Of a stretch of 64,000 nucleotides of DNA, positions 26,607 to 34,687 are shown in pieces; position 1 is the stretch's first letter; each line of letters starts with the position of its first letter. The notes beneath the pieces were generated by a model. It was not told the DNA's origin, ran no database searches, and saw only the letters and a program-made list of their open reading frames with translations. Position numbers and translations under genes: made by a program. Origin of the DNA: Candidatus Limnocylindrales bacterium (lineage in GTDB: Bacteria > Chloroflexota > Limnocylindria > Limnocylindrales > CSP1-4); the NCBI GenBank assembly GCA_035699445.1, contig DASSPX010000031.1, forward strand, positions 10,570 to 74,569, written 5' to 3'.

Positions 26607-27482
26607 ATGAAGGTCGGCTACGTGCTGCCCATCGCCGACGAGGGCGATGGCGCCTACCCATGGGAGCGGATCGCGAGTCTGGCCCGACGGGCGGAGGCCG
26701 GCGGCATCGACTCGCTGTGGGTGTTCGACCACCTGATCTTCCGCGACCGCGGTGAGGAAGCCGGCCAGCACGAGGCCTGGACGGCTCTCACGGCAATCGC
26801 TGCGATCACGAGCCGCGCCGAGCTGGGCTCGCTCGTGTTCGCGACTTCGTTCCGGAACCCGGCCCTGTTCGCGAAGATGGCGGCCACGCTCGACGAGATC
26901 GCCGGCGGCCGGCTCATCCTGGGGCTCGGCTGCGGCTGGAACGAGCCGGAATACCGCGCGTTCGGCTTCCCGTTCGACCACCGCGTGGGCCGGTTCGAGG
27001 AGGCGCTCAAGGTCACCCTGCCGCTGCTCCGCGGCGAACGGGTGACGTTCGCCGGGCGCTGGACCGAGGTCGACGACTGCGTCCTGCTCCCCGCCCCGGC
27101 CCGCCCGATCCCGATCCTCATCGCGGCGAAGCGTGACCGGATGCTGCGGCTGGTTGCCCGTCACGCGGCCGCCTGGAACACGGCCTGGTTCGGCCTCCCG
27201 GACCAGCGGTTCCGCGATCGTCGCCGTGACCTGCTCGAGGCGTGCGGGGCGGAGGGCCGGGACCCGGCCACGCTCGACCAGACCGTCGGGCTCGAGGTGT
27301 ACGACGGGACGCCCTCCAGCCCCGGTCCGGCGGCGCCGATCCCGGCCGACCCCGGCGCGATCGCCGACGGACTCGCCACCTGGGCAGCCGAGGGGATCGG
27401 CCACGTGCAGGTCAACGTCGGGCCGGCCGACGAGCGTCGGCTCGACCTGCTGCTCGAGGGCCTCCGGCGGTTTCGCGCCTGA
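26607..27482 (+). CDS. luciferase-like (LLM class) flavin/F420-dependent oxidoreductase
   Basis: Starts 'MKVGYVLP'; also '..GIDSLWVFDHL..GRLILGLGCGWNEPEYRAFG'. ATG at 26607 within ORF 26562..27482. Confidence 0.8.
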   Translation: MKVGYVLPIADEGDGAYPWERIASLARRAEAGGIDSLWVFDHLIFRDRGEEAGQHEAWTALTAIAAITSRAELGSLVFATSFRNPALFAKMAATLDEIAGGRLILGLGCGWNEPEYRAFGFPFDHRVGRFEEALKVTLPLLRGERVTFAGRWTEVDDCVLLPAPARPIPILIAAKRDRMLRLVARHAAAWNTAWFGLPDQRFRDRRRDLLEACGAEGRDPATLDQTVGLEVYDGTPSSPGPAAPIPADPGAIADGLATWAAEGIGHVQVNVGPADERRLDLLLEGLRRFRA

Positions 27483-27517
27483 CCTCAAGGTCGCTTGACT
27501 TCACGAATCAGGGCTGC

Positions 27518-27547
27518 TTGAACGAATTCCGACAGCCACGCTAGGAT
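27518..27547 (+). promoter_or_regulatory. candidate sigma-70-type promoter of the iron ABC operon
   Basis: TTGAAC-18 nt-TAGGAT in an AT-enriched island ~40 nt upstream of the TTG start at 27583. Confidence 0.4.
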
Positions 27548-27582
27548 TTCGGCCGTCAACACCCACGCGTCGGAGCTGCGCC

Positions 27583-28641
27583 TTGTCCCTGTCTCGCTCG
27601 CGCCCTGCCGGCCTGCGCCCCGCAGGCCTCGGTGCCGTCCTTGCCCTCGCCATCGCGGCCTGTGCCGGATCGTCCGGCGGCTCCCCGTCGACGCCCGCCA
27701 GCGGCGCAGCCGGCTCCACGCTGACCATCTACAGCGGCCGGAGCGAGGAGCTCGTGGGCGACCTGTTCGCCCAGTTCGAGGAGGCGTCCGGGATCGACGT
27801 CGAGGTGCGGTACGGGGATACCGCCGAGCTCGCCGCGACGATCCTGGAGGAAGGCGACAACAGCCCGGCCGACGTGTTCTTCGGGCAGGACGCGGGTGCG
27901 CTCGGTGCGCTCCAGGCCGCCGGCCGCCTCTCGCCCCTCCCCCAGGCGACGCTCGATCGGGTCGATCCGGCGTATCGATCCACCGAGGGCGTGTGGGTCG
28001 GGACGAGCGGCCGCGCGCGCGTCCTCGCGTACAACACGGACCGGCTGACCGAGGCGGACCTGCCCGCGTCGGTGTTCGACCTGACCGACCCGGCGTGGAA
28101 GGGCCGGATCGGCTGGGTGCCCACGAACGGCTCGTTCCAGTCGTTCGTCACCGCGATGCGGCAGCTCGCCGGCGAGGAGCGCACCCGGGAGTGGCTGGAG
28201 GGGATGCTCGCCAACGAGCCCCGGATGTACGAGGGCAACGGCGCCGCGGTCGAGGCCGTCGCGTCGGGCGAGGTCGACGCCGCGCTCGTCAACCACTACT
28301 ACATCCTCGAGGCCCAGGAGGAGGCGGGCGAATCCCTGCCGCTCGCGAACCACTTCTTCGCGGACGGCGATCCCGGATCGCTCGTGAACGTCGCCGGCGT
28401 GGGCATCGTCCAGGGCGCCGCGCATCCCGAGACCGCGCTCGCGTTCGTGGACTACCTCCTGTCCGAGGCCGGGCAGCAGTACTTCGCCGAGGCCGAGTGG
28501 GAGTACCCGCTCGCCGCCGGGGTCGCCGCGGACGAGCGGCTGATCCCGCTCGACGAGATCCCCCGCCCGGACATCGACCTCGCCGACCTCGCCGACCTCG
28601 AGGGCACGCTGCGGCTGCTCCAGGAGACCGGCGTCATCTAG
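27583..28641 (+). CDS. Fe3+-type ABC transporter substrate-binding lipoprotein (FbpA/AfuA-like)
   Basis: Lipobox 'LAIAAC'. 'LTIYSGRSEELV..VRYGDTAEL..ADVFFGQDAG' is typical of ferric-binding proteins. Confidence 0.8.
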   Translation: MSLSRSRPAGLRPAGLGAVLALAIAACAGSSGGSPSTPASGAAGSTLTIYSGRSEELVGDLFAQFEEASGIDVEVRYGDTAELAATILEEGDNSPADVFFGQDAGALGALQAAGRLSPLPQATLDRVDPAYRSTEGVWVGTSGRARVLAYNTDRLTEADLPASVFDLTDPAWKGRIGWVPTNGSFQSFVTAMRQLAGEERTREWLEGMLANEPRMYEGNGAAVEAVASGEVDAALVNHYYILEAQEEAGESLPLANHFFADGDPGSLVNVAGVGIVQGAAHPETALAFVDYLLSEAGQQYFAEAEWEYPLAAGVAADERLIPLDEIPRPDIDLADLADLEGTLRLLQETGVI

Positions 28642-28713
28642 GAGCCGCCCATCAGCGCGCTCACCCTCCCCCGGCGCCACCTCGCCGGGCGGCCCGTCCC
28701 GCGGCCGCCGGGA

Positions 28714-30255
28714 TTGCTGCTGCTCGCTGGGCTCACCGTCGCGCTGCTCGCCCTCCTGCCGCTCGCGTACCTGGCCGTGCGCGCGGCCGGCGCGATGGAG
28801 GGCTCCCTCGACCTCGTCGTCCGGCCCCGGACGTTCGAGGTCCTGCGCAACACGTTCGCGCTCGCGATCGTCGTGGGCGCCGGGGCCGTGGCGATCGGCG
28901 TGCCGATCGGCTGGCTGACGGCAGCCACGGACCTGCCGGGTCGCCGCTGGTGGGCGATCCTCACGGTCGTCCCGCTCGCGATCCCGTCCTACGTCCTCGC
29001 GTTCGCGCTCATCGCGGCCTTCGGGCCATCGGGCGCGATCGGGGACCTGCTTGCCCCGCTCGGGTTCACGATGCCCTCGTTCTACGGCTTCCCGGGCGCG
29101 GTGCTCGTGCTCGTCCTGGCGACCTATCCGTACGTCGCGCTCGCCGTCCGCGCCGCGCTGCGGCGTGCGGACCTCGGGCTGCTCGAGGCGGCCCGGACGC
29201 TGGGCGACCCGCCTGCGCGCGCGTTCCGGCGGGTGGTGCTGCCGATGCTCATCCCCGCCGTGAGCGCCGGCGCGCTGCTGGCGGTGCTGTACGCGCTCGC
29301 CGATTTCGGCTCGGTGTCGCTGCTCCAGTTCGACAGCTTCGCGCGCGCGATCCACGTCCAGTACCGGGCCGCGTTCGACCGATCGCTCGCCGCGGTGCTC
29401 GCGCTCATGCTCGCGGGGCTGGCGCTTGCGGTCGCGTTCGCGGAGGCGCGCGTGCGCCGGTCGCGACCGCCGGCGCCCGTCCGGGCCCGTGCACGGCCGA
29501 TGACCCCGCTGCCGCTCGGCCGCTGGACCGTGCCCGCGGTCGTCTTCTGCAGCACGATCGTCGGCCTGGCGCTCGTTCTGCCGACCTACGTCCTCGTGAG
29601 CTGGCTCCTGCGCGGCCTCGAGAGCGGCGAGTCGCTGCGGGTCCTGCCCGAGGCGACCCTCAACACCGTCGTGGCGTCGACCGCCGCGGCGGTCGCGGCG
29701 CTCCTGCTCGCGGGTCCGGTGGCGGTGCTCGTCGCGCGGTTCCCCGGCCGCCTGAGCGCGGCCGTGGAGACCGCGACCGTCACCGCGTACGCCCTGCCCG
29801 GGATCGTCGTCGCCCTCGCGGTCGTGTTCCTCGCCTCCGGCCTCGTCCCGGCGCTGTACCAGACGTTCCTGCTGCTCACTCTCGCCTATGCCGTGCGTTT
29901 CCTGCCGCAGGCGCTCGGTCCGCTGCGTGACGGGCTGGGCCGCGTCAGCCCACGGCTCGAGGAGGCATCACGCACGCTCGGTCGCGGTCCCGTGACCTCC
30001 TTCCGGGACGTGACGCTGCCGCTGCTGCGGCCGGCGGCGGTGGGCGCCGCTGCGCTCGTGTTCCTGACCACGGCGAAGGAGCTGCCGATGACGCTCATCC
30101 TCGGGCCGACGGGGTTCGGGACGCTCGCGACGGCGGTCTGGAGCACGGTCGGCGAGGGCTACTACGCGCGCGCAGCCGCGCCAGGGCTGCTGCTGATCGT
30201 CGTCTCGGTGGCCGGGATCGGGCTGCTGCTCCGGTCGGAAGGTGAGGGCACGTGA
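28714..30255 (+). CDS. iron ABC transporter permease (duplicated FbpB-type, ~12 TM)
   Basis: 513 aa with two permease halves. GTGA overlap with the downstream ATPase gene. Confidence 0.8.
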   Translation: MLLLAGLTVALLALLPLAYLAVRAAGAMEGSLDLVVRPRTFEVLRNTFALAIVVGAGAVAIGVPIGWLTAATDLPGRRWWAILTVVPLAIPSYVLAFALIAAFGPSGAIGDLLAPLGFTMPSFYGFPGAVLVLVLATYPYVALAVRAALRRADLGLLEAARTLGDPPARAFRRVVLPMLIPAVSAGALLAVLYALADFGSVSLLQFDSFARAIHVQYRAAFDRSLAAVLALMLAGLALAVAFAEARVRRSRPPAPVRARARPMTPLPLGRWTVPAVVFCSTIVGLALVLPTYVLVSWLLRGLESGESLRVLPEATLNTVVASTAAAVAALLLAGPVAVLVARFPGRLSAAVETATVTAYALPGIVVALAVVFLASGLVPALYQTFLLLTLAYAVRFLPQALGPLRDGLGRVSPRLEEASRTLGRGPVTSFRDVTLPLLRPAAVGAAALVFLTTAKELPMTLILGPTGFGTLATAVWSTVGEGYYARAAAPGLLLIVVSVAGIGLLLRSEGEGT

Positions 30256-31355
30256 CGACACGCGACTTGCCCGCGCCGGCGTCGCCGGCGGTCACGATCC
30301 AGGGAGTGCGCAAGTCCTTCGGACCCGTCGTGGCCGTCGCCGGCGTGGACCTGTCGATCGATCCCGGCGAGACGCTCGCCCTCCTCGGGCCGTCCGGCTG
30401 CGGCAAGACGACGCTCCTGCGCGCGATCGCGGGCCTTGAGCGACCCGACGCCGGCACGATCGAGATCGGCGGGCGCGTCGTCGACGGTCCGGGCGTGTTC
30501 GTGCCGCCCGAGCGGCGCCGGGTGGGGATGGTGTTCCAGGACATCGCGCTGTTCCCGCACCTGACCGTGGCCGAGAACGTGGCCTACGGGATCAGCCGCG
30601 AGCCGGCCACCGTGCGCTCTGCACGCATCGCGGAGCTGCTCGAGCTGGTGGGGCTGGGCGAGGCGGCGAGGCTGCGGCCGCACGAGCTGTCGGGCGGGAT
30701 GCAGCAGCGCGTGGCGCTCGCACGGGCGCTCGCCCCCCGGCCGGACGTGCTGCTCCTCGACGAGCCGTTCGCGAACCTCGATCTCTCGCTCCGGACGCAG
30801 CTGCGCGGCGAGGTCCAGCGCGTGCTGGACGTGACCGGCGCAACGGCCATGTTCGTGACCCACGACCAGACCGAGGCGCTCACGCTCGCCGACCGCGTGG
30901 CGGTGATGCGCAGAGGGCGCATCGACCAGGTGGGCTCGCCGGAGCGGATCTACGCCGAGCCCGAAACACCGTTCGTGGCCACGTTCGTCGGCATCGCGAA
31001 CCTCGTGCCCGGAACCGTCGTGCGCGGCGAAGCCCGGACCCCGCTCGGGCGCGTGCGGATCCGCCCGCGGATCGAGGACGGCCACGCGCTCATCGTCGTC
31101 CGTCCGGAGCACGCCGACCTCATCCCCGACGAGGCCGGCGCGGAGGGCGTGATCGGCCGGGGCCACCGCGGCACGGTGGTCGGGCGCCGGTTCGCGGGCT
31201 CGGAGCTCCTGTTCGAAGTGGCGCTCGACGGCGATGGGCCGAGGCTGTGGGTCGAAGCCGGACCGCACGGCCGACGGCTCCGCCTCGGGGACCGGGTGCG
31301 GGTGGCGCTGCGGGTCGACGAGACGGTCGCGTTCCGCCCGCGGACCGCGGCCTGA
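30252..31355 (+). CDS. ABC transporter ATP-binding protein (FbpC/PotA-like)
   Basis: Walker A 'GPSGCGKTT', signature 'LSGGMQQR', Walker B 'LLLDEP'. Confidence 0.9.
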   Translation: MTTRDLPAPASPAVTIQGVRKSFGPVVAVAGVDLSIDPGETLALLGPSGCGKTTLLRAIAGLERPDAGTIEIGGRVVDGPGVFVPPERRRVGMVFQDIALFPHLTVAENVAYGISREPATVRSARIAELLELVGLGEAARLRPHELSGGMQQRVALARALAPRPDVLLLDEPFANLDLSLRTQLRGEVQRVLDVTGATAMFVTHDQTEALTLADRVAVMRRGRIDQVGSPERIYAEPETPFVATFVGIANLVPGTVVRGEARTPLGRVRIRPRIEDGHALIVVRPEHADLIPDEAGAEGVIGRGHRGTVVGRRFAGSELLFEVALDGDGPRLWVEAGPHGRRLRLGDRVRVALRVDETVAFRPRTAA

Positions 31356-31393
31356 GGCTGCAACCGCCGAGGCCCGGGACGTGTTCCCCGGAT

Positions 31394-32224
31394 ATGAACC
31401 CTGCCGGTGAGCTGACCCGGCTCGCGCGCGGCGCGATCGTGACTGCGTGGGCATTTCGCCACGCACCGGGTGTCCATCGGGATCCACCGGAGGAAGTCTT
31501 CATTCAGCCGACGCTCGTCCTTACGGCCGCGGGACGCTGGGCGATCACGGGACGACGGGTGCGCGGCGTCGCCGGGCCGGACGCGGCGGTCGTGGCCGGC
31601 GCGGGGACGACGTATCGCTGCCGCCATGAGGACACCCGCCCGGCGGACCGGACGCTTGCTGTCGCGTTCGGGCCGAGCGCACCGCTCATCAGCGATGCCG
31701 TGCTCGACGAGCTCGCGCCGCGTGGCTCGATCGCGCTCGTCCCGCTCGAACCGCGGCTAGGGGCCGCCCGTGCCCGGCTCGTCGCCGCGACGCATGCGAC
31801 GGGGCCGCTGGCCGCGCTCGAGCTCGATCTCGCCGCGGTCTCGTTCCTCGTCGCGACCCGTCCGGGCCCGCCTGCCCGGCCCGGCGAGGGCGGGATCGAC
31901 CGCGCGCTCCGGCTCATCCGCGCCGACCCGCTCGCGCCGCTCGACCTGGCCCGGCTCGCCGCCGAGGCCGGGGTCTCGCCGTTCCACTTTGCGCGGCAAT
32001 TCCGCGCGGTCGTCGGCGAATCGCCGATCGCCCACCTTCGCCGGATGCGCCTCGAGCACGCCGCCGGACTGCTGCGCGGCGGCGCCTCCGTGACCGAGGT
32101 GGCCCACGTCGTCGGCTATGCGGATTCCGCGCACTTCGCCACCGCCTTCCGGCGAGCATTCGGGTGCTCCCCGTCGAAGGTGCGCAGGCGCGCGCAGGAG
32201 CGCAGGATCGCGAAGGCGAGCTGA
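31394..32224 (+). CDS. AraC-family transcriptional regulator
   Basis: C-terminal 'SPFHFARQFRAVVGESPIAHLRRMRL..VGYADSAHFATAFRRAFGCSP'. ATG at 31394 within ORF 31247..32224. Confidence 0.85.
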   Translation: MNPAGELTRLARGAIVTAWAFRHAPGVHRDPPEEVFIQPTLVLTAAGRWAITGRRVRGVAGPDAAVVAGAGTTYRCRHEDTRPADRTLAVAFGPSAPLISDAVLDELAPRGSIALVPLEPRLGAARARLVAATHATGPLAALELDLAAVSFLVATRPGPPARPGEGGIDRALRLIRADPLAPLDLARLAAEAGVSPFHFARQFRAVVGESPIAHLRRMRLEHAAGLLRGGASVTEVAHVVGYADSAHFATAFRRAFGCSPSKVRRRAQERRIAKAS

Positions 32225-32248
32225 TCGACCACGGGCGACCGTGCCCGC

Positions 32249-33505
32249 ATGCGCTATCTCCGCCTGCTCCGTCGCCGCGATTTCGCCCTCCTGTGGACCG
32301 GTGCCACGCTGTCGCTCCTCGGCGACGGTCTGACCTGGATCGCGCTTGTCTGGCTCGTCCTCGAGCTCGGTGGCGGCCCCGGAGCCGTCGGCGTGCTCGT
32401 GTTCTGGTACACCGCCCCGGTCGTGATCGGCGGCCTCGGCGCGGGGGTCGTCCTCGACCGGTTCGACCGTCGAGGTGTCCTCATCGCCGACAACCTCGTT
32501 CGCGGCCTCGCGGTGGCCTCGATCCCGCTGGCGGCGACGTTCGGTCAGGTGACGGCGCCGCATGTCCTCGCGGTGGCCGCCGTGTACGGCCTGCTGTACA
32601 TGCTCTCGCTCGCCGGGGTGCCGGCGCTCATCCCCTCGATCGTCCCCGACGACGAGCTGGACACCGCGAACGCGATGGAGACGGTGTCGTTCGGGATCGG
32701 CGGCATCCTCGGGCCCGCGGTCGGCGGGCTGCTCATCGGGGCCGCGGGTGCGGCGACCGTGCTCGCGCTCGACGCGCTCTCGTACCTGGCGTTCGTCGCC
32801 TGCCTCGCCGGGATGCGGGGGTGCCAGCCCGCAGCGACCGCCGCCGGGTCGGCGGGGCACTCGGTGCGAGCGGACCTCGCGGCGGCGCTCCGGTTCGTCC
32901 TCGGGCAGCCGACGATCCTCGCGATCACCGTTCTGTTCATGGCGTTCAACGTCGGCGAAGGTGTGCTGCTCGTGCTCCTGCCCGTGCTCGCCCGCGACGT
33001 GCTCCGGGTCGGTGCGGAGGGCTATGGCGTGCTCGCGGCGTCATTCACCGGCGGGCTGCTCCTGGGCGCGACGCTCGTGGGCGCCGTGCGCTGGCCGTGG
33101 CCGCTGGGCCGCTCCATCGCCGCCGCCCAGCTCGGCGCCGGAGCCGTCCTCCTCGCGCTCATCGGCGCGTCGTCGTTCGCCGCGGCGGCGCTCGTGCTCG
33201 CATTCGCCGGGCTGATCGCGTCGCCGCTCACGATCTGGGCGCAGACGATCCGGATGCGCCTCATCCCACCGGACATGCGAGGGCGGGTATTCGCGCTCCT
33301 GCGGACGACGATGCAGTCCACGCCCCCGCTCGGCGGCATGCTCGGCGGGTCCCTCCTCGCGCTGGGCTCGGTCGAGGTCGCGATCGCGGCGATCGCGCTC
33401 CTCGCCGCGCTGCCGGCCGCGGTCGGGCTCGTGCACCCCGCGCTCGCGGCGGATCCGGCGCCGGCTACCGCGCTGGCGCGGCCCTCGGAGCCTGCGGAGC
33501 CATGA
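32249..33505 (+). CDS. MFS transporter (EntS-like efflux type)
   Basis: 418 aa with 12 predicted hydrophobic segments. N-terminus 'RDFALLWTGATLSLLGDG'. Confidence 0.8.
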   Translation: MRYLRLLRRRDFALLWTGATLSLLGDGLTWIALVWLVLELGGGPGAVGVLVFWYTAPVVIGGLGAGVVLDRFDRRGVLIADNLVRGLAVASIPLAATFGQVTAPHVLAVAAVYGLLYMLSLAGVPALIPSIVPDDELDTANAMETVSFGIGGILGPAVGGLLIGAAGAATVLALDALSYLAFVACLAGMRGCQPAATAAGSAGHSVRADLAAALRFVLGQPTILAITVLFMAFNVGEGVLLVLLPVLARDVLRVGAEGYGVLAASFTGGLLLGATLVGAVRWPWPLGRSIAAAQLGAGAVLLALIGASSFAAAALVLAFAGLIASPLTIWAQTIRMRLIPPDMRGRVFALLRTTMQSTPPLGGMLGGSLLALGSVEVAIAAIALLAALPAAVGLVHPALAADPAPATALARPSEPAEP

Positions 33506-34667
33506 CGATCCATCCGATCCAGGCCGCAGCCACCCCGGCCACGATCGCGCCCACGCCGAACAGCGCCGGGATGCCGAGCGGGTCGACCACCGCGCCCGCG
33601 ACCGCCGCGCCGATGATCGAGCCCAGGCTGAACGCCGTCCCGCTGAACAGGCCCTGCGCGGTCGCCTGGACCTCCGGCGGCACCCGCGCGGCGACGAAGC
33701 TCACCGTGCCCACGTAGACGAGCGCGAACCCGACGCCGCCGAGCGGCGCGATCGCGAGCATCGCGAGCGGATCGTCGGTGAGCGCCCAGCCGGCCGCACG
33801 CACCGTGAACGCGAGCGCGCCTGCCGCGACGAGCGGTCCGGCACCCGTCCGGCGCGCGATCGCGGGAAACAGGAACATGAGCGGCACCTCGACGAGCGCG
33901 CCAACCGACCACAGCAGGCCCACGAGCGTGCTGTCACCCGCGAGCTCGACGAGCCGGATCGACGCGTACGCGATCACGCCCGCGATCGAGGTCCACAGGA
34001 GCACCGAGGCGAGGAACAGCGGGCCCAGCACGGGCGTGGCCAGCACGCCCCGAAGCGCCGATGCCGGGTTGGCCGCGAGGCCCCGCACGGACGAGCGCTC
34101 CCGGCCGCGCAGGAGCGCGAGCGCTGCGGCACCCGTGAGCACGAGCAGCGGCACGTAGACCGCGAACATCGCTGGGGCGCCCAGCCGGTCGACGACCGGG
34201 CCGGTGAGCAGGGCGATGACGATGAACGCGGCCGACCCCGACGCCCGGGCGCGCCCGAAACGGTCGCGGTCCGGACCCAGGAGCTGCACGGTTCGGGTGT
34301 CGACGAGCGGGGCGATCGCGGCGCTGCCGGCGGCGAGCAGGGCGACGGCGACCGCGATCCCGAGTGGCTCGCGGACGATCCCCAGCAACGCTGCCGAGGC
34401 AGCTGCCCAGAGTGATGCCGCGACGACGGCCGATGCGACGCTCCGCCGCCGGTCGACGACCAGGCCCCATGTGGGCGCCGCGACGAGGGCGACGGCGGCG
34501 TTGAGCGCGGTGAGCGCGCCCACGGCCGGCAGGCCAAGGCCGAGATCGGCGTAGTAGAGCGCGACGTACGGGACGTACGCGCCCACGGCGCCGAACAGGA
34601 CCGCGTAGACGATCGCCGGGCGGACGACGGACGGGGTCGCGGCGCCCGTGGCCGAGGGTGTTGACAC
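33465..34667 (-). CDS. MFS transporter
   Basis: 400 aa, ~12 hydrophobic segments. Converges on the previous MFS gene with a 41-nt 3' overlap. Confidence 0.8.
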   Translation of the reverse strand: MSTPSATGAATPSVVRPAIVYAVLFGAVGAYVPYVALYYADLGLGLPAVGALTALNAAVALVAAPTWGLVVDRRRSVASAVVAASLWAAASAALLGIVREPLGIAVAVALLAAGSAAIAPLVDTRTVQLLGPDRDRFGRARASGSAAFIVIALLTGPVVDRLGAPAMFAVYVPLLVLTGAAALALLRGRERSSVRGLAANPASALRGVLATPVLGPLFLASVLLWTSIAGVIAYASIRLVELAGDSTLVGLLWSVGALVEVPLMFLFPAIARRTGAGPLVAAGALAFTVRAAGWALTDDPLAMLAIAPLGGVGFALVYVGTVSFVAARVPPEVQATAQGLFSGTAFSLGSIIGAAVAGAVVDPLGIPALFGVGAIVAGVAAAWIGWIVMAPQAPRAAPAR

Positions 34668-34687
34668 GGAACGAAAGTGTGCCCGCC

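Noticed and set aside
27483-27582. Search for an IdeR/Fur-type iron box upstream of the Fe3+ ABC operon
   Set aside because: I found only a plausible TTGAAC-18-TAGGAT promoter. No 19-bp palindrome resembling TTAGGTTAGGCTAACCTAA or a Fur box was visible by eye.
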